A program made the translations under genes and the position numbers. A model generated the notes under the pieces. That model did no database searches. It saw only the letters and a list, made by a program, of their open reading frames with translations, and was not told the DNA's origin. A stretch of 55,182 bases of DNA from Hydrurus foetidus (Eukaryota), in assembly GCA_900617105.1 (NCBI GenBank), contig UYFQ01000193.1, positions 1-55,182 of the forward strand, given 5' to 3'. Positions within the stretch are counted from its first letter, which is position 1; the number at the start of each line of letters is the position of its first letter. This document shows, piece after piece, positions 48,801 to 55,182 of this stretch.

Positions 48801-51800
48801 TGCTGCGCATATTGGCCTTGGAGTGGAGGCGTCCAAGTTGGAGTAGTTTGCTCCGATGGTGTGCTGTCGGTGCCAGGCCATACCCTCTTCGCCAGGGTGT
48901 CCTAATACGCGATGCACGTGGTCATATATTGAAAGCTCTTTGCAACTCGTAACCAAGAGTCGAGCTTTTGGGACTCACTTAGAGTCCATGAGGTAGAGGC
49001 CGTCCTCTACCTTTCCGGTGATAACCGGGATTGCATTCTTCGACAAGGCTTGAAGATGTGGTATGACATCTTTGGCGTGGAAGAACTTGCAGTCCTTTGT
49101 GGTGAAGACACCAATGAGACCCTGAGCACAAGCTTGGGAGACAGAGAGAAGCGTAGTAGCCTCCATCTGATCAATGATGATCGTCTCGAGCATGAGTGGT
49201 GGTAGGAGTCCGGTTTCAGTTGGCTGCAGTGACTCCCCGAAAGCTGCTGTCACGCTACAGGATGTAGGCTTGATGTTAATGAGCTTTGATTTGAGTCCTG
49301 TGCCGGATGTCGATGCTCCACTGTCAATGATGATGCGATCTGCATCATTGGTCATTGACATAATGGAGTGCTTTTGGTTTGTAACTGTAAGAAGTTTCAA
49401 ATTTGCATTTGATGATGATGGTGACTTCTTGAATGAGCTCTTCGATGGTTTCATCTTCTTTGGAGACTTCTCAGCCAATGGAGAGATGGTGGGCTGGACA
49501 TCATATGGAGATGAATTCGGTGCAGATAATTCATACGCTGTGGAGGAAGTGTGTGAGCCAGCTGTAGGTGTGGGTGACGTGATGTCAACAACATTCTCAT
49601 CTTCAAATGAGGTCCGCTTGCGTTGAGGTGGAGATGACTCTTTGCCTGCTTCACTTTGACGACGTTTCTTTTCTGGAGAAGGAGGGCGTTTGGATGATGC
49701 AGATCACATTGAACGTCTTGATGGGTCATCTTCAGCTATCTTGATTGATGACACCTCAAAACGCTCAGAGTGGCGAAATTTGAGGTTACCATCAGATTTT
49801 TCAACGATGTCTTTGAGGCGTTCTCTTTCGATACTATCTGTAACGGATGCTTCTTCTCCAGTGTCGCTCTCATAGTCTTCATACTCCTCGTCACTATCAT
49901 TGCGTGCAGGTGACTGAGTGGTGGTCTCAGACATCAAATCCTCTGCTTGTGGTGCACTCATCCGGCTGAACACAATGGGTGATTGTGTGGGAATCATCTT
50001 CTGCATATCAGGAGGTGGTGGTGCAGTCTTGATATTGTCCACGATAGCTCTGAATGCTCTGTGGAACTGACCATGATGAGAGTGAGTGGGACTCTCTTCA
50101 TACTGGGACAGTGTGAACTTCATACTGTTCTTGGACTGGACTAATGTCCCACCAGATGAGATTGTGTCACGGATGGTTAGTGCAGCATATGACATGAAGT
50201 CATATACTATGGCGAGGTTTATGATATCAGACGTCACAATGTGTGTTACGTTCTTATGTACATACTCAGCTGCGGTGAAGTATCTCTCGATGTTCTTTAT
50301 CGTAGACTGATAATGTCCTGGTACGTTGGGATGGTAGTAAATGCTGGATGACGGGTTGAATGTCATGTAGCTAGCATCTGTTGCCACTTCTTTGTTTGGA
50401 AGATCAATGTCGGCATCAAGGAATCGATTGCCGACCTTATACAACACGCGGATGAGGTCCTTGGATCCGTTCCGTACATCATGTCTGATGCGGAATGCAT
50501 CAGTGATGGAGGGGATGTCCGAGAGTCATGTGAATGCTACAAACAGTCGGATAGATTGTTGACTTGTGGAGGAGCTGCTTAGGTAAGCTACGAGACCAGT
50601 CATCGCAAAAGTAACATCATCCTGAGTCAGGTCTATGATGTTTGAGATACTTTTGTTGTATGTCATAATTGACCTGCGGATGGTCTGGATGATCAGCTTA
50701 ATATCCGTGATGAGAGGAGATGGATCCAAGTGGTAAACTGCCGGATATATTGACACCATATGGCCAATTGCTCGTCCAGGGCCACGAATGTGTCGGTGGT
50801 GCTCAAACACATTAAACCGCTCAGTATGAGGGACACTTGCACTACCACTGAAGTAGTCTGGGTCTCCAGTTGCCCATCCATCAGCATCAGCGGACTGCAA
50901 TGTCCTGATGGATGTGAGCTGGTTGAGTGAATATCCAGCTGGGTTGGTGTTGGAGGGCTTGCCACGAGGGTATCCGACAAGTGCACGATGGTCTTCGGAG
51001 ACGACAAGGTGTTTCTTGAAGGGTGGTTTGTACGGAGTTTTGCCCGTGCCAGTCTTTCCATCGTTCTTCGGATGAGGAGGTGGACTCTTGACATTTGGTT
51101 TTGGAGTAGGCGGTGCGCCTTTGACGGAAGGTGCAGGTGCATGCGAGTACTTGCACTGGGTACCGTTAGTACATAGTCCGGCAATGTGACGCCGACACAA
51201 CTCTTTGCTTGTGGTGATGGATGCCATCTTGTGAGCCGTTGTTGGTGCGGGATCCAAGATGATGAGTCTCTTGACAGTGATGTCATATGACTCTGCAGAT
51301 GTCTTTGCAGAAGCCATTGTCGATAAGACGCTGACGCGTACATCATGCTCCAGTTTTTCTTGGAGGTGATACAGCTTTTGATCGTCAGTGATGGTGACGC
51401 CACTTGCAACATTAAGGACTCTGAAGGCTTCCTCAATGTTTGCCACGTTCTCCTGAATGGATTGCGTGGGCTTAAGCTTGAGCTGATGGAGCTGATCTGT
51501 CGCCTTCCTGATGTCACTATTCTTTGTTCCGTTTATATGATCATAGATGATCTTAAACCATTGAACAGAATCGTTCTCGGTAAGAACATGTTTGATCAGG
51601 TAATGGAGATCCTTGCCCGTAACAACATTAAGAATAACCTTAAGTCGTTTGAGATCATGTACTCTCTTGTAAATGTCATCCGCCGGGATGACATCATACG
51701 ACCCATCATCCTTGAATATAAGAGTTTTTTCAGAATATCCTCCGGGGTTCCGAGTAGTCAAGATGGGAACAGTCCTTTGGCCATTGGCTAATGTGAGAAG

Positions 51801-52373
51801 ATCACATTCACCTAGCGCTACTTGGAAAGTCTCCATGTTGTCGCGGTTGTCCTTCCCGAAGTTGGAGAACTTGGTCATGGCAGCAAAGAATTTTGCTTGC
51901 ACAGTAGTAGTTTCCAAATACCCAGATTGAGGAACCAATAACGTAGGGATAGAGGTAGGAGTAGGAATCCTTGGCGCTGGGATATTTCCAAATGTTTTTG
52001 GAAGTTGGGAGACCAACGGTGGAGGCTGCTGGACCTTAGCAGATACGATTTCGAGAAGCCTTGCCATATCAGCGAAGGAAAATCTTATCTCTGCGTCCTG
52101 AGCCTCCGAAACATCCGAAAATAAAGTATCTCGGACAGCTCCGAGATTTTGCACACGAGGTGCTAGTGGAGGTGTTGACGCAGCCTCTGCGTTTTGGAGG
52201 GCTAATTCCTCCGCGTCGAGAAAATCGTTGTTTGGATTTCTGAGAGGAGGAATTGCTGAACTCCTGGACCTAGTAACTCGACCCAAGAAGATAGGTTGAG
52301 GGGTTCCAATGACATTCCTGAATGGTCGTAGAAGAAGGTCTGATAGTGGCGGTGGAGAATCGACGCCAGGCAT
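45894..52373 (-). pseudogene. Copia E single-frame gag-pol (2160 codons) interrupted only by three in-frame TGA codons
   Basis: ORFs ending at 50526, 49704, 48975 and 45894 share one frame. CCCH finger, IIDSGAS protease, GLY/HRVLGHP, NGIAER, KARLVGRG, HSDD, CDAD. Confidence 0.9.
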
Positions 52374-54122
52374 TCAAACTCATCTTCGGATTCATGAATG
52401 CTCATGATTGCAGATTTCTGAAAGTTGAGGAAGGGAAATTCAGAATTCTGGAATCGACGGCAATCGTTTAATCACTATAAACAATCGCTACCATGTAAGA
52501 CTATCGAACAGTTGTCACCTTCTAGCGTTCGCAGCGAAGGTGGAGAAGAAGCTGCAGTCTAGCTTCTCAAATCAGGGAGCTATCGAGTAGACGATACTGT
52601 GAAGTACAACGTATTAAGTTCTGCTTAGAGTTTACAGATAGCCACACAAAAGAGTCATCGGAACATCTCATGACAACGAGAACTACCTTGAGAGAGCAAT
52701 CACAGAGCTGTGTAGTATGCATAGCATGTGCTTGAGGAACATTGCATGAAGCATATTGTAACGAAGTGATTCGGCGATGATGAAGATCATGAAAATCCAA
52801 CGACTATTTGTGTACGTGATGTGAGAGTACGTACAAACTGCTACTCGGTGTTAGTACGGTGTACATACAGGTGTATATATATGAACGTATATACATAAGT
52901 ACGGTTGTACTTACGTACGTGCGAACGTACATATACGCCTTTCATTGTACACGTGCAAGCGTACGTACGTTTATAGTGATATTAACGTACATGTGTAAGT
53001 ACGTGTATGCGCATACGTACATAATGATATGAACACATACATGTAAGTACATGTGTACGTACGTTTGATATCATGTGTATGTTTGTGTCGACATACATGC
53101 GTACGTACATATGCGTACGTACATACATATTGATATGTACATATATGTGTAAGTACATGCGTACGTATATATGTTACTCTACCTATATGTATGAACGTAC
53201 GTACGTACTGAGTAACGTACATATGTGTATTTATAAATACATATGCAACTATCCGACTATAGACATATCTAAGCTGTATTAGATAGTCTAACAAGAGCAA
53301 AGCAGTGAAGTTGAGCTACGGAAACTATGTCGGGGTTTGTGAGACTACCGAAATCTAATTTGAATTGTTCAAAGTCGGAAGCCATGGTTTAAATATATTC
53401 GCTTAGTGTTTTGTCGCCTTGGTGCGAGTTGAGTAGCTGTCTTGTTCGCAGGAGTTTGGTGGATACGTTGCCTGTAGAGTGTATGGTGGTTAGTATTGTC
53501 CAGCAACTGAACGATTTAAGGCCAAGGTTAGCGGCTCTGAAGGTTGGGTAAGTTGGATGAATTTCTAAAGCAAGATGTGATTCAGAGGACATGTTGGGGA
53601 AGAGATAGGTGAGTCAATCATTATCATCTTTCTCGTCAATCTTTATTTGTGCGAGCGTACGCGTTATTGCGTCGCGCAACATGTTGTATCCGAAAGGGGA
53701 CAATTCGAGTTCGAGTGCTGGGGTGTTGGCTGTAACTTGGACAGCCGTAGGTAGAAGTCTGTGAAAGACTGGAGCCCCAGTGATAGTGACATCATTTTGT
53801 GTAGGGATAGTGTTGGTAGTGTGGCTCCCTCAGGGTCTGCTACCCCATTCAGCCGATTAGATGCTGTTTCCACCTTAGTACTTTCTTGTTCACAGCCACG
53901 ACTATCAGTCACTAGCTAGTTTGTGCTGCTTGGCAGAAGTTACTAGCGTACCTTCTGTTTGCATCCCTAACTAACCAGCTTCTTTTAGCCTTTAGACTTC
54001 CCTTCTTCTTTGCCCTCCAAGGTCACAGTAGATCTACTTCCTTTAGTTTCTCTTCTTTAGACCCTATCCTCCTACTCTAAGCTACCTTCTTCTACGCTAC
54101 CCTGCTGCCCTAACTCTCCCGA

Positions 54123-54467
54123 TTACCCTGCGTGGAGAATCTCGAATTTTATTCGAAATTCTCGTTTGCGAGCAATTCTTACTGTCGCGAGCAAGTCTCC
54201 GAAGTCTGGTTGCCGTAAACTTAGTCACTCGGAATCTCCCGATACTTGACTATTTTGTGGTTGCTTGAGTTTCATCTCAGCAATCCCATACCATTACCTG
54301 CGTGGAGAATCTCGTTTTATTCGAAATTCGTTTCAAGCTTCTTGACTGTCGCGTGCAAGCTTTGAAGTCTGGTTGCCGTAAACTTAGTCACTCGGGTTGA
54401 GATTTATCTCCCGATACTTGACTGTCTTGTGGTTGCTCGTGTTTCATCTCAGCAATCCCATACCATT
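54123..54467. repeat. Two diverged ~172-bp tandem units
   Basis: TACC(C)TGCGTGGAGAATCTCG...CTCAGCAATCCCATACCATT at ~54123-54294 and ~54294-54467. Confidence 0.85.
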
Positions 54468-55182
54468 GTGCAGAGTTAACTCAGTTAACTTCTGCCCATA
54501 TCTCGCTTCAAGCTTTGCTTGATCGACGTCCGTGGATAGCTTTGTCTTCCACGCCATTATCGTGGTTGGTCGAGCAAGTCTCCCAATCACGGCTCATTTT
54601 GTACGGATTGATTTATTCATCCGTCCAGAACCTGTTTGACTTATTTTGCTTCGCCTAATCGCTTGTTTGATTTCATCCAAACGGCACGAGGCGAAGCCCT
54701 TAAATTTTTTTTTTGGCGACTCTCGCTACTTGAATTGTCAAGCAATAAGTCATTTTATGATGCCGTTATCCGATGACTCTTCGGAGATATCGTCGTCGCT
54801 CGCCGAATTCACTGCTCAAGCAGTTCCGGCAGCGACGACAGTTCAGACAACTCAGTCGACACCAACGGCGCCGACAGCATTAGCTGCGTTTGATGGAACT
54901 GACCGACCGGTATTCCCAGTAACAATACTGGGACCTCCAGATAGTTGGCAATCATGGCGCCGCTTAATCGTATCATCACGACGATTTCGACGTTGTTACA
55001 ACGCGACAACACAACAATGTCACGTTGCGCCGTCGTCGAAGCGCCAACACACCGTCAACAGACTCGCCGTAACAGCGACACTCGAACGGGATGATGACGA
55101 CTTGCGATATCTAACCTTTGTCGCCTTGTGGATCCTAGATCCAGTCAACGATTTCTGCGTCGTCAGGGCCTAGACAGTTATG

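Larger units (their letters stand above)
44529..53293 (-). mobile_element. Ty1/Copia element E, full length, nested in Copia D
   Basis: 5' LTR 52494-53293 (800 bp); 3' LTR 44529-45762 (contains a MITE). TSD AGAGC at 44524-44528 and 53294-53298. PBS-like TGGTAGCG and PPT GGGGAG on the minus strand. Confidence 0.97.
40284..53963 (-). mobile_element. Ty1/Copia element D, heavily degenerate, interrupted in gag by Copia E
   Basis: Protease FWDTGCS (~43930), HALGHP, HSDSE/VERYIQ integrase, TARLAIDG/YDITAAFL/YGLKQA RT, SADAS/EDNKSAI/KSRHI RNaseH. The gag frame rejoins across AGAGC when E is removed (…LHCFALPTVIPS…). Confidence 0.85.

Noticed and set aside
45894..52373. Alternative genetic code (TGA as sense) or selenocysteine
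   Set aside because: Host genes here end in TGA and use TGG for Trp; other elements are broken by TAA and TAG as well.
7548..53300. Duplicated short ORFs (7548/12550, 17007/22802, 44602/52567)
   Set aside because: They lie within LTRs, so the duplication reflects LTR identity and not coding function.
54646..55173. 175-aa Thr/Ala-rich ORF at the window end
   Set aside because: No recognisable domain, and its context is cut by the window edge.

Overview
Eukaryotic genomic DNA: GT-AG introns, standard code, possibly a stramenopile alga or protist (inference from the Copia types). Roughly 75-80% of the window is transposable elements. These are one chromodomain-bearing Ty3/Gypsy element (1-7275), five Ty1/Copia elements (A 7683-12862 +, B 17004-23158 -, C 23168-33139 +, D ~40280-53960 -, and E 44529-53293 - nested in D), a pogo-type DD35D DNA transposon inserted in Copia C's 3' LTR, a related MITE inserted in Copia E's 3' LTR, and a second MITE with a 3-bp target-site duplication (TSD). 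Three host genes are supported. Two are paralogous three-exon genes (13045-15795 and 33179-35984) whose spliced frames encode a fusion of a BtuF-like substrate-binding domain, a small Cys-rich DUF5522-like domain and a Dph6-like PP-loop ATPase. The third is a six-exon FAD-dependent monooxygenase (36640-38978). The best leads are the tri-domain putative corrinoid-handling protein, three divergent Copia elements that all have TAATT instead of a tRNA primer-binding site (PBS), and a Copia Gag with a CCCH zinc finger. Domain names come from motif recognition by eye; no database search was run.
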